Origin: Hyaloraphidium curvatum SAG 235-1
Taxonomy: Eukaryota > Fungi > Monoblepharomycota
Assembly (NCBI GenBank): GCA_025558095.1
Contig: JAIVFI010000012.1
Span: 372,001 to 436,000, forward strand
Direction of reading: 5' to 3'
Length of the DNA: 64,000 nt
The position numbers were made by a program, and so were the translations under genes. The notes below the pieces were generated by a model, which worked only from the letters and a program-made list of their open reading frames with translations, was not told the origin of the DNA and searched no databases. This document shows positions 35,392 through 45,734 of the stretch, in pieces (the first letter of the stretch is position 1; each line of letters opens with the position of its first letter).

Positions 35392-35474
35392 AGAACATTG
35401 TTCCATGCTTTGTTGTTGCTTTGTCGTCTGAATTCTAGCTTCGTTCTTGCCGCGTTTGGGTATATCAAGTCCCG

Positions 35475-37466
35475 CTACCGCACGGCGATGCCGTTCACAG
35501 CCAAGCCGTATCCGTCCGATTCCCCCCAGCTCGTCCTTCGCGCCTTGCGTCCCACATCCCCGGCATCAAGCAGCACCTCCCCGTTCCTCGCCGACCCCGA
35601 CGTCCTCCCCGGAATCCCGCCGTTCCGCTCCGGCCCGCCAAAGTCCGTCACACCAATGTGCGGCACCTCGTCCTCGCTCGAGGGGCGCTCCTTCTCGTTC
35701 GACAGCGAGCGCGGGCCGTCTGACGACACCGGGGAGTAGAAGGGCTTCTCGACCCATTCGCGCTCGATCCGGAAAAAGGTCCACATCCACCGCCGCAGCA
35801 CCTCAAGCAGCTTCAGGGTCAGATCCAGGCCGACAAACACCTGCGCTCCCACGTGGGCGTGCTCGTCCGGATTTGCGAGCTCCTGATTCGGCGCGGCACG
35901 TCAGCAAGTGGTAAACATGGCGCCGGTCGCAGCGACCCACCGCCTTCAGAGTCTTGTAGAGCGGGTACACCTTGAAGAACCACGCGAACCTGATCGCCCC
36001 GTCGCAGAGGATCGCAAGGTAGTACACGTACGGGCTCGGGAAGTGGAGGTAGGGGCGCAGGAAGAAGTACCGCAGGCGCGGCACCCTGCTCCCTGGCGGG
36101 ACGGGGGGGTTGCGGATGTGCCCGAGGCTCCAGTCCACGTAGACATCCCAGTACAGGGAGTAAACTGCGTTGACGACAGATGCCACGATCCTGAAAAGAC
36201 ATCCAATGTGAGTGACAATGAGTAGTCCGCAACCGGGATGATGCCCACCAGAGCTCCACTGCTAGATCCACGGACCGCGCGACTGACGGCAGTTCGGATG
36301 CCGGAACGGTGTGCGAGTGCACTCTCCGCTGGATATACGTCACCACGGTCCCAAAGAAAATGACGGGAAGGGAGGTGCAGTATTTAAGGGCGTTGGCGAG
36401 ATGGCGTCGCCGGGCGGCGGGGTTGGAAGAGAGGAGGAATTCAGAGATGCACTGACGGAACCGAATGAGGAACGGCAGGCTAGTCGAAAAGCGATGCGGG
36501 GCACACAGAATCAGCACGTCGTCACCTGTACCGCAAAGGATCAACCCACCTGACAATGAGCGGTCCAATCATGTCGTTGAACCCCCAAAAAGCGGCGGTC
36601 CCCGGTCCCTCCGAAATGACCTTCGGCGCTCTCATTCCCGCCTGATTTTCGGGCAATCGGACAGCCCGGGTAGTCAACTGCGACCTGTTGGTCGGCAGGT
36701 CCCGCGGGGCGAGGTGCCCAAAGCTCCCGCTGACCAGGTTGGTCCCCGGCTCCAAGACCAGGTCACAGAAAGTGACATGGAGGTCGCCCAGAATGCGCGA
36801 AAAGGAGGTGAGGATATCAGCGAGGATGACGTCGCAAAATGGGACCTCGCGGAAGAGGAGGGGAGTGCAGATGCGGGCCATGGACCTGAGGGTGTGGTGG
36901 GTTCAAACCGATGAGCTAAGACCTCGAATGGAATTGCGTGAGGCCAGGGAAACCCACTGGAGGAACTTGAACCGCTCCGTGGGGTAAAAGAAGGTGCCCG
37001 GCCAGAGGAGAGTGCCGAGCAGAATGATGTAGATGAGGCCTGGTATCAGGTTGGAGCCCTCCTGCCCCACGGCGGGCCGCAGCATCTCGTGCGCCAAGAC
37101 GCCGGCGGCGACAAGGGCCGAGACCGAGCCCGCTATGCGGTACAGGCTCCGGTAGTCGTTGACGTGCTGAGCCAAGAAGGTCTGCGACGGCGTTGACGAC
37201 TTTGGCAGGTCCGGCCCGGCAGGCAGGGTGGCGGGGCCCGTGCCGAGCAGCATGTTGCAATCGATGCCGTAGAGCGTCAGCACGTGCACGTTGACGGCCC
37301 AGCACCACAGTCCCAGGGCAATGAAGATGAGCGAGTGGAAGTGGATGGGTAGGGCGATAAGGAAGAGGCCGAGCGGTGGCAGGGCGTTGACGACGATAAC
37401 GGCGGCGACGAAAGTCGCGCCGAATGTGGCCAGCCGCAGAATGCGGCGGTCCTGCGGGGCCGCCAT
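35475..37466 (-). CDS. EXS-domain protein (ERD1-like)
   Basis: VPFCDVILADILTSF, PFLIRFRQC, HLANALKY, VNAVYSLYWDVYVDWSL, RFAW, LEVLRRWMWTFFRIEREW; multi-exon. Confidence 0.88.
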
Positions 37467-37699
37467 GGTGGCGGTCCGACGCGGTCCAAATCCCGCGGCC
37501 CGGGCGGGCGGGCGCAGCCGGCAACGAGGCGCGCCGAAGCCCCGAACTAAATGCGCCTAGACCTCCGCGTGCGGCGGCGACCCCTGTAATCCCATTCGTG
37601 CTCAGTGTTGTTCGCGTCGCCGGACGTCAACAGCCCACACCCAGCGGCACCTTCCCCTACTCAAGGGGTTTCCACTTGGGTCGTCGCTCCAGGGGCCGG

Positions 37700-39385
37700 A
37701 TGTCCTCGTCGTCTGAAGGAGACCATTTCGGACGCGTCGAGCGGCGGCGAGACAAGAGCCGGTCCCGATCGGGCTCGCGGAGCCCGCGTCCGGACCCTCG
37801 TCGGCACTCGAGGTCGCGTTCGCGGGACCTGGACGCCGAGGCGGCGGCCCTAGCGCGCCAGCTCCAGCGAACGCAGTTCCTGGCGCCGAGCAGGCCGGCA
37901 CCGAACCCGATCCGCTCGAATGCGCCGTCCCCGATCGTGGATCCGCACGTCGGCGAAGGGGAGGAGGTGCTTTCCGTGGGCAAGATTGCCTACTACCCAA
38001 AGAGGGCCATCGGACGCAGCACGGAGGGCTCCGAGGTGTATCTGGGGACCTACCAGGGCGGGAGACCGGCTGCGGTCAAGCGGGTGAAGGACGGAGACTC
38101 TGGCTGGCGTGCGGAGCTCGGCGACCTGGTCCGGATCGACACGCACTCCAACATCGTCCGCCTGTTTGGGTGGGAGGACGATCCGGGCACGGACCGGGTG
38201 CTCATTGCCATGGAGCTGTGCCGGTGCAGCGTGCAGGACCTCGTGTCCTACGACGGGCCGGCCGCGGACGCTCTCGCGCTGCGCGAGAAGCTGCTCTGCC
38301 ATGCCCCGCGCGTGCTGAAGCAGCTCCTGAACGCGTTGGCATTCGTCCATTCCCAGGGGTTGGCGCACTTGAACCTGCGGCCGAGCAACGTGCTCGTGCC
38401 TGCCATCCCGCCGGGAATGGAGTTTCGAATCGTCATTTCGGATTTCGGCCATCTGGGCCGCAATGCGGACGCTTTTCCGTCGAGCCTCGAGTACAGCGCG
38501 CCGGAAATCATTGCCCGGGCGCGTGCACGCGACGTGAACGGCGGAATTTCGAATGGCGGTTCGAATGGCAAGGATGGTAGTTTGGATCCGCCGGTGCCGG
38601 CCACAAGCCCGCCGACTCCCAAGCTCGGCAACGGTGGCGCCGCCCTCTCATCGTCGCCGCCGCGTTCTCCTTTTGCGGGACTCCTGAAGGACGCGATCGG
38701 CCCTCCAGCCGACGTCTTTTCCGCCGGCCTCTTCATCTTCTACCTCCTCACCGGCGGCCTGCACCCCTTCATCGGGCGCTCACCTACCCCGGACGACCCG
38801 GACGCGGTCCGCGCCATTCTCGACGGCCGCACTCCCGCTCTTGACATCCTCGACTCGTCCCCGCTCTGCTCGGGCTCGGGCGAGGAAGCCAAGAAGCTAA
38901 CAAAATGGATGCTCAAGCGGTACCCCGCACAGCGGCCCGCGGCGGGGCTGGCCCTGCACCACCCCTTCTTCTGGCCGGCGGCGCGGCGGCTCGAGTTCCT
39001 ACGGGTGGCGGCCGACAGGGTCAAGGTCGAGCAGCTGGATTCCGACGTGGTGCGGACGCTGGAGCGGGAGGCGAGATGGGTTTTCCCGTCCGGGGACTGG
39101 ATCGACGTGCTGGACTCCGAGGTGTCGGAGCAGCTGACCAAGGTGTCCAAGTACGACGGGACGATGCTCAGGGACCTGCTCAAGGCGGTTCGCAACCTGA
39201 GAAACCACCTGACGGAGCTGCCGCCGGGCTTGCAGCGCCTGTTCGAGTCGTACGGCGGGCTGTATCCGTACGTATCGTCGCTGTTCCCCCGGCTCCTGAT
39301 GGCCACGTTCAAGGTGGTCTACAAGGAGACGGACCTGGGGCGGGAGCAGGGGCTGCGGATTTTCCTCGAGAAGGAAGACGACTGA
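37700..39385 (+). CDS. IRE1/RNase L-like (pseudo)kinase plus KEN ribonuclease, no luminal or TM domain, intronless
   Basis: GRPAAVKR, DTHSNIVR, IAMELC, HLNLRPSNVL, ISDFG, ADVFSAG..FYLLTGGLHPF, HPFFW...RLEFL, DLLKAVRNLRNH, FPRLL; RS-rich N-terminus. Confidence 0.85.
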   Translation: MSSSSEGDHFGRVERRRDKSRSRSGSRSPRPDPRRHSRSRSRDLDAEAAALARQLQRTQFLAPSRPAPNPIRSNAPSPIVDPHVGEGEEVLSVGKIAYYPKRAIGRSTEGSEVYLGTYQGGRPAAVKRVKDGDSGWRAELGDLVRIDTHSNIVRLFGWEDDPGTDRVLIAMELCRCSVQDLVSYDGPAADALALREKLLCHAPRVLKQLLNALAFVHSQGLAHLNLRPSNVLVPAIPPGMEFRIVISDFGHLGRNADAFPSSLEYSAPEIIARARARDVNGGISNGGSNGKDGSLDPPVPATSPPTPKLGNGGAALSSSPPRSPFAGLLKDAIGPPADVFSAGLFIFYLLTGGLHPFIGRSPTPDDPDAVRAILDGRTPALDILDSSPLCSGSGEEAKKLTKWMLKRYPAQRPAAGLALHHPFFWPAARRLEFLRVAADRVKVEQLDSDVVRTLEREARWVFPSGDWIDVLDSEVSEQLTKVSKYDGTMLRDLLKAVRNLRNHLTELPPGLQRLFESYGGLYPYVSSLFPRLLMATFKVVYKETDLGREQGLRIFLEKEDD

Positions 39386-39533
39386 GCGGTTGCGGCGCGC
39401 ACTTGCTGCAGTGGGCAGTGCGGATGGTCGGCAACGGTGCTATCATTCCCACTGTACATGCGGTTCCAACGCTCGCAAAAGATGGTGCAGAGATAAAACG
39501 TGTCGCAGCCGCCAACCCCTCCCGGGGCCGCAC

Positions 39534-41575
39534 CTAGAGGATGTTGCACGAGGTCCTCCTGATCCCCCTCCTCCTCTGCCCGCCCGGGCCCCCGTTCCCC
39601 GCCGCCGACCCGGCCTCCTCCTCGTCCTCCCCGCCCAGGATCCCGGAGCTGTAGAAGCTCTTGACCCCCATCCCCCCCTTGCGCTCCAGCATTTTGCACG
39701 CCTCCCGCGACACCCCCCTGCAGTCGTACACCTCGAGCGTCTCGAGCTCCGCCGCGGGCAGCGCGAGGTCGGGCACGCCCTGCTGCTCCGCGCGGCGCGC
39801 GCGCGCGCGCAGGCGGGCGATCTCGTCGAGGAGGGCGTCGGAGATGCGGCCGCAGTTGTCGAGGTCCAGCGCGCGGAGGCGGGGGCAGTGTCGCACGAGG
39901 GCGACCAGCGAGCCGTCGGTGACCTGCAACGGGCGGAGAAGAGCGGGATCAGCGGGTGTGCGGGGTGCGTGCGTGCCGGCCAAACGCACCTCCTCGCAGA
40001 AGCTCAGGCACAGCCTCTCGAGCGTCGCCCGGCACCTCCCCGCCGCCAGACTGCGCACCCCCGCGTCGCCCACCCCCACGCAGTCCTCCAGGTCCAGATT
40101 GCGCAGCGCGTGGCACCCCGCCGCGAGCGCCGCGACCCCGACGTCCGTGAGCAGCCTGCATCCCGCGGCCTCGAGCTGCTCCAGCTCCGGGCACAGCGCG
40201 CCGACGGCCTGCAGCGCGGCGTCGGTGAGGAGGGGGAGGCCGGAGAGGGTGAGGTGGGTGAGGCGGCTGGCTTCGCGGTCGCCCTGGGCTGCGCAGGCCA
40301 CGGCCGAGGCGTCGAGCAGCGCGCGCACGCCGTGCGAGGTGATCCCGGCGCAGCCGCGCACGTCGAGGAGCCGCAGGCGCGGGAGGCGCCGGCCGATGTG
40401 GGCGAGGAGGTGGTCGTCGACCTGGGCGATGCCGGGGATGTGCAGCTGCACGATGCTGGGCGCGTGCTGCACGAGGTACTTGACGCCGTGGCCGGTGATG
40501 TTGCGGCAGTGGCCGATGCAGACGCGGCGCAGGGTCTTGCCGCACTTGATGCCCATCGTCTCGAGGACGTGGTTGGTCGGCGACGGCAGGCCGCGCACGT
40601 CGATCGACGCCAGCTGCACGCAGTTGGACAGCAGGTGGCAGAGCGACGAGCTGCTGATGGTCAGGCAGCCGCGCAGGTCGAGGAACTGCAGGTTGGGGCA
40701 GTTGTCGGCGAGGCTGTGCACGGCCGCGGACGAGAGGTGCAGGCAGCCGCTAATCGGGGGCGGCGAGGGATAACGGAACGCGGGATCGGCAATGATGATC
40801 AGCGCGGACCTGAATGCGGAGGCAACGCAGGGGGAGACAAACCAAAAATTGCCGATGCGGAGGAAGCCACCCGCCGAGGCAATGAGGCCCGTCAGCTGGG
40901 CCGTGTTGATGCGCTTGTAGTGGTTCCTTGCGGTGCAGTCGATCTTGCTCCACAGCGTGCCGTCGAGCGCGATCTTGGCGAACGCCTTGCAGGCCTGGCG
41001 GGGGCGAACCGGGGGGACGGAGTTAGAGGTTGTGGGGTGGGTGACCCGGGTCACGAGTGCCCACCTGCGCGGCGCGCATCAGGTCCGCGAGACGCAGGTG
41101 GCTGAAAATGCGGATGCGCAGCTCCTCCGGCAGCGAGAAGAAGGTGTGCTCGGGGCGGGTGTCCTTGCCGGGGGGCGTGGGGGACAGTCTGGGTGCGGCG
41201 CCCAGCGGGCCCGGCGAGCCGGGGGCGTCAGTGCCGCCGAACAGCGTGTCCTCCGAGGGCGACCGCGCGTGGCGCGAGATCGAGGCAGGCGAGGCGGCGT
41301 ACGCGGTCGACGCCGGGGAGGCCACGGCGAGGTCGTCCTCGTCCGACGACCACGCGGCGCTGGAGCCTGGGCGGGCGGCGGACGGGGCGCCGTGCGGTGC
41401 GACATGGCCCGCGGCGTGGCTGCCTGCCGCCGCGCCGCGCGGGATGTTTATGGCTGCGGGCTGCGCGCGAGTCAGCGGGTGGCGCGGCCGGCGGGGCAAG
41501 CGGGCGCACCTTCACCGGCGTGGCCGGCCGCGCGGGGCGGTGATCGGCGTTCAGCGAGATCGCCGCGTCGGCCAT
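39534..41575 (-). CDS. F-box/leucine-rich-repeat protein (FBXL2/FBXL20-like)
   Basis: F-box FSLPEELRIRIFSHL; CKAFAKIALDGTLWSKID; multiple cysteine-containing LRRs; C-terminal CaaX (CNIL); several introns. Confidence 0.88.
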
Positions 41576-42141
41576 GGCGGAGGCGGGCGGCGGCGCGGGC
41601 CGGGCAGCGGCGGGGAGACGGATGCCGCCGGGCTTCCGGTGGCACGCGGTGCGGCCCAGCCGAGCCCGCGGGCCGGCCCGGGGCGCTGCCGAAAGGGCTG
41701 ATCACCGGCCGCCCTTTTGCGAGGCGGCCGGACGCGTCGGACGCGTGGGGCCGGGGGGCACGCGGTCACGGGATCGAGTCACCGGCGGCCGCCGACACTC
41801 GAAAACCCATCACGCAATCCCGCCACGCCGCATCGGGAGTGTCTCCCTCCAAGGATGCCAGGTCAAACAGAGCTTGCAGGTCTACATGAAGCTTCGACGC
41901 GCCTGGATGGGCTCTGTTGATTCTCGCCGTGATAGAGGTTGCCTCCCTCGCTGGCGGTGCGATCCACCAGGCAACTCAGGCAGCAACGCGTTGCTTCTCG
42001 AGACATCATCCTGTCGATGAAGCATCGAACGCAAGGCCGATCGCGCTCCTTGCCCCCTTCCAGGTCGCACGGACGTCGCGGAAACTCCGACTCTGCTCAG
42101 CCACAAATCGCAAAAAAGCTTGTCGCGAGGAAGATAGGAAG

Positions 42142-45054
42142 ATGGAGGTCGTACTGGCCTCGCCGGGCGACGTCCCTGCAGCGCAGCGGCATGCGTTCGA
42201 CGCGTACCTCGAGTCGATGGCGAGCGGCGCGTGGGCGGCGACGATGGCGCTCGCGTGCCCCGCGTTCGCCGACCCGCGCGCCGGGCTGGCCGCGGCGCTC
42301 GCGCTGCCCGACGCCGAGGTGCTCGCGGCCGCGGCAAAGCACGGCGACATCGGCCAGCGGAACCGCGCCGCGCTCGACGCGCTGGCAAAGAGCGAGCAGG
42401 CAAAGGTCGCGCGCGAGGGCCCGACCGTCGACGCGCTGATCGCGGAGGGCGCCGCGTACCGCGTCAAGTTCGGCGTCAAGTTCCTCGTGTCGGCGCAGGG
42501 CAAGACCGCAGAGGAGCTGCTGGCCATCCTGCGCTCGCGGGCGGGCAATTCGCGCGAGGAGGAGTGGCGGAACGCCCGCGTCGCGCTGTGGGAGATCGCA
42601 GCCAAGCGGCTGCAGCTGCCCGGCGGGCCCCTGGCGTACCCCGAGGGCTTCGCGGCCCCGTGGGAGCTCCCCGAGAAGCACGGCGTCGAGGCCCTGTCGG
42701 CCGCGGTCTCGCTCCCCGGCGGCGGCGCGCAGCGCATCGCGGGCGCCTGGACGTCCAAGCCGCTGAGCCCCGAGGCCGAGGCCCTGCTCGCCGGCGGGCC
42801 CGTGCTCTTTGAGATCGCGTCGCTGAGCAAGACGCTCGCCGTGGCCATGGCCCTGGATTACTTCCGCGCCAAGGGCATCCCGTCCGACACGCCCGCCAAC
42901 GAGCTCTTTGCGCAGACGGGCTCCAAGTTCCGCATCGTCAAGTCGCCCGAAGCCGCCGGCACCGACTGGAGCGCGGACGAGGTCACGCTCGCCCACCTGA
43001 CGGCGCACTGCGCCCTCAACATGCACTACGTCAACGGCGTGCCCGCGGACCGGCCCATGCCTCCGATCGAGGCCTTTCTGTACGGCAACGACGAGTACGG
43101 CTACGAGCCCGTGTCGGCCATCAACAGGCCCGGCACGACCTTCAAGTACTCGGGCGGCGGCTTCCTCGCCCTCGAGCACCTCCTCGAGGCGCACTCGGGC
43201 CAGAAGGCCGCCGACATGGGCGACGCCTTCCTGGCCTCACTGGGGCTGCGGGACACCACCTTCCGCCAGGAATCCCTGCCCGGGCGCACCTACGCCCTCG
43301 GTCGGCGCGACGACGGGACCGTGGTGCACGGCGGCAGGCTCATGTTCCCCTCGTTCGCGGCCGGCATGATGAGCACCCCCGCCGACGTCATCGCCTTCCT
43401 CGCCAAGCTCGCCGAAGCCTACAAGGAGGTCGACCCGGCCAAGGCGGGCAACCCGATCTCGCACGACGCGGCGCGGTGGATGCTCCACGGGACCGACATC
43501 GGCAGCCGCCGCTTCATGGGCTGCCTCATGGGCCTCGGCGTGTTCGTCGCCGAGGCCGGGCCCAACAAGTTTGCCGTGCACCAGGGCGCCAACGACGGCT
43601 TCCGCGCCGTGTTCCTCTACTGCTTCGAGGGGCCCGACGCCGGGTTCGGGGTGGTCGCGTGCGCCAACGCGGACCAGCGCGCCGTGGGGCTGATTTCGGA
43701 GCTGCTCCAGGGCCTGCTGGTCAAGTGCGGCGTGCGCGGGGTGGACCGCGCGGCGTTCAGGTCGAGCTTCAGCGCCGACGGGGTGCGGCAGGAGGAGATC
43801 GTCAACACGGGCTACCGCGAGCTCGTCTTCCGCGCCTTCGAGCCCGCCAAGCCCGAGCCGATCGCCCGGCCGTCCGGGGCCGCGGAGCACCCTGCCCGCG
43901 CGGCGGACGTGCTACGCGGGTGCGAGGGGATGTACTGCTCCAACGATCGCTTCGGGCGGTGGGAGAACCTCGTCTGCGGGTTCGAGCCGGCCTTCGACCC
44001 CGCTCTGTTTGGGGCGCAGGGCAAGGTGATGGACAGCTGGGAGACTGTGCGGCACAACCCGCACCCGTGCGACGCGCTCACGCTGCGCCTGCGGGAGCCG
44101 TCCAGGTTGCGGTACGTCGAGGTGTCGACGCGGTTCCACCTGGGGAACCAGGCGCCCGAGATCAGGATCCTGGGGTTCGCCGACGCCGCGTTCGCGGAGG
44201 CGCAGGGCACGCTGCCGTCGGTCGCGTGCTCCCTGGGCATGCCCGAGGGCGCGATCGAGGTTCTGCCCAGGTTCCCGCTCGAGGGGCACAGCCTCGTGCG
44301 CATCGATCTCGGCGCCGAGGCCGCCGAGCGCAATGGCCCGCTGGCGGCGCTGACGATCCAGAACATCCCCGACGGGGGCATCACGCGCGTCGCCCTGTTC
44401 GCGCCCGACTTTGATCCGTCGGCGCTGGCGGCGGACGGACATCCGTTCGAGCCCGTGGCCGGCGCGCGGTGCAGGCGCCACGCGGAAGCCATCCCCAAGA
44501 CGCAGAAGCCCCTCGCCGCACCGCCGTCGGTTTCGCCCGAGGAAGCTGCCCGCAACAGGCTTGCCGCGCGCTCCGCCGGGCCGCCGTGGAACGCCGCCGA
44601 CGCGCTGCTCGGCGCTGCAGTGATCGCAGCAACTGACGAGCACTACAGCCCGGCTGCGCTGATCATCTCCCCCGGTCCGCCGCTCGACATGTTCGACGGG
44701 CTGGAGTCGGCGCGCAGCCGCCGCGCGGGGAGCTCGGAATCGGCGACGGTGCGGCTCGCCTGGCCGTGCGAGATCGAGGCGGTCGACGTCGACTTTACAT
44801 ACTTCCGCAACAACAACCCCAAGGAGCTGGGTATCGAGTACCTTTCTGAGGTCGGGAACGGGAACGGCGAGCCGGCCTGGAAGACGCTCGTCCCGTGCAC
44901 GCCCGTGAAGCCATTTGCCGGATCCGTCAAGAGGTTCGCCTTCGGCGCAGATCGGCGCGCGGCACTGGGGCCTGCTGCCGTGCTCCGCATATCGGCGTAC
45001 CCGTGCGGCGGGTTCAACAGGGTCCGCGTGTGGACGCACACCCCGCTGCCGTAG
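42142..45054 (+). CDS. Triple fusion: OHCU decarboxylase / beta-lactamase-like serine hydrolase / allantoicase (970 aa, intronless)
   Basis: OHCU decarboxylase: HGDIG..SEQ..YRVKFGVKFLVSAQG..EIAAKRL (~42142-42620). Serine hydrolase: FEIASLSK (SxxK, 42820), FKYSGGG (43147), HQGANDGF (43579). Two allantoicase repeats: CSNDRFG, GKVMDSWETVRH, FHLGNQ, PDGGITRV; TDEHYS, MFDGLESARSR, YFRNNNP, YPCGGFNRVRV. Confidence 0.88.
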   Translation: MEVVLASPGDVPAAQRHAFDAYLESMASGAWAATMALACPAFADPRAGLAAALALPDAEVLAAAAKHGDIGQRNRAALDALAKSEQAKVAREGPTVDALIAEGAAYRVKFGVKFLVSAQGKTAEELLAILRSRAGNSREEEWRNARVALWEIAAKRLQLPGGPLAYPEGFAAPWELPEKHGVEALSAAVSLPGGGAQRIAGAWTSKPLSPEAEALLAGGPVLFEIASLSKTLAVAMALDYFRAKGIPSDTPANELFAQTGSKFRIVKSPEAAGTDWSADEVTLAHLTAHCALNMHYVNGVPADRPMPPIEAFLYGNDEYGYEPVSAINRPGTTFKYSGGGFLALEHLLEAHSGQKAADMGDAFLASLGLRDTTFRQESLPGRTYALGRRDDGTVVHGGRLMFPSFAAGMMSTPADVIAFLAKLAEAYKEVDPAKAGNPISHDAARWMLHGTDIGSRRFMGCLMGLGVFVAEAGPNKFAVHQGANDGFRAVFLYCFEGPDAGFGVVACANADQRAVGLISELLQGLLVKCGVRGVDRAAFRSSFSADGVRQEEIVNTGYRELVFRAFEPAKPEPIARPSGAAEHPARAADVLRGCEGMYCSNDRFGRWENLVCGFEPAFDPALFGAQGKVMDSWETVRHNPHPCDALTLRLREPSRLRYVEVSTRFHLGNQAPEIRILGFADAAFAEAQGTLPSVACSLGMPEGAIEVLPRFPLEGHSLVRIDLGAEAAERNGPLAALTIQNIPDGGITRVALFAPDFDPSALAADGHPFEPVAGARCRRHAEAIPKTQKPLAAPPSVSPEEAARNRLAARSAGPPWNAADALLGAAVIAATDEHYSPAALIISPGPPLDMFDGLESARSRRAGSSESATVRLAWPCEIEAVDVDFTYFRNNNPKELGIEYLSEVGNGNGEPAWKTLVPCTPVKPFAGSVKRFAFGADRRAALGPAAVLRISAYPCGGFNRVRVWTHTPLP

Positions 45055-45734
45055 GGGGATCGGAAGTAATGACTGGTGGGATGGGTTGGATGGATGGATC
45101 AACCTCCCGGAAAAACGGTGAAACCCGGGATCGGGCTGATGATGATGATGGTGGACGGGGGATCGCCGGAAGAAAAACCGGATTCGGAGCAACTAGACAG
45201 ATGCAATCGATCGAATCATGCAGGCATGCCGAACATCCGCGCACAGCGTCTATCTGGAGAACGTGCGGTGCCCTTGCCGAAGTGGCGCGCTCGCTGGCGT
45301 TGCGCTTTTCACGTGGGCGAGCACACCAGGAAGGTAGCGTGCGCCCAGAGAACCTGGCTTTCGACAATCAGTCTTGACTCTGCATCAGTAATATCCGCCC
45401 AGAGTTCTTCATCCGATTCGCATGTGACCGACGGATTGTCAAGCTCTCGATCTCAAGGTCCCCCCGGACCCCGCGCAACGGCCACCTGCCCCACGCCACA
45501 CCGGCCATGCGTCCTGGGCCCGGGAATTAAACAGCGAGAGCGTTCCATAGAGGCCATCCGCGTCTTGTGGCCACGACACCCGCCGAACAGGGCATCGGGG
45601 CGGTCGGGTTCGGGCGGTCGGACTCCGTTCGTTATCTGGCCAGTCAGCGGGCCGATATCCAACATTCCGGTTTCTCTCGCACCTCTGCTACTCCCCTACC
45701 GCGCCTCGTGGAACCCCATCCGCACGAGTCGGCA

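Noticed and set aside
34089-35468. Long antisense ORFs (also 20921..22243, 27959..29929, 39390..41105, 51368..53110, 51438..53963)
   Set aside because: Shadow or off-frame ORFs of real genes, expected at this GC content; no motifs.
42670-43740. Antibiotic-resistance beta-lactamase
   Set aside because: No signal peptide, and the domain is internal to a purine-catabolic fusion; the fold alone does not imply beta-lactam hydrolysis.
45075-45150. (GGAT)n and (GAT)n runs; also (GGTCCC)3 near 53424
   Set aside because: Short simple repeats in intergenic DNA; not CRISPR-like, no spacers.
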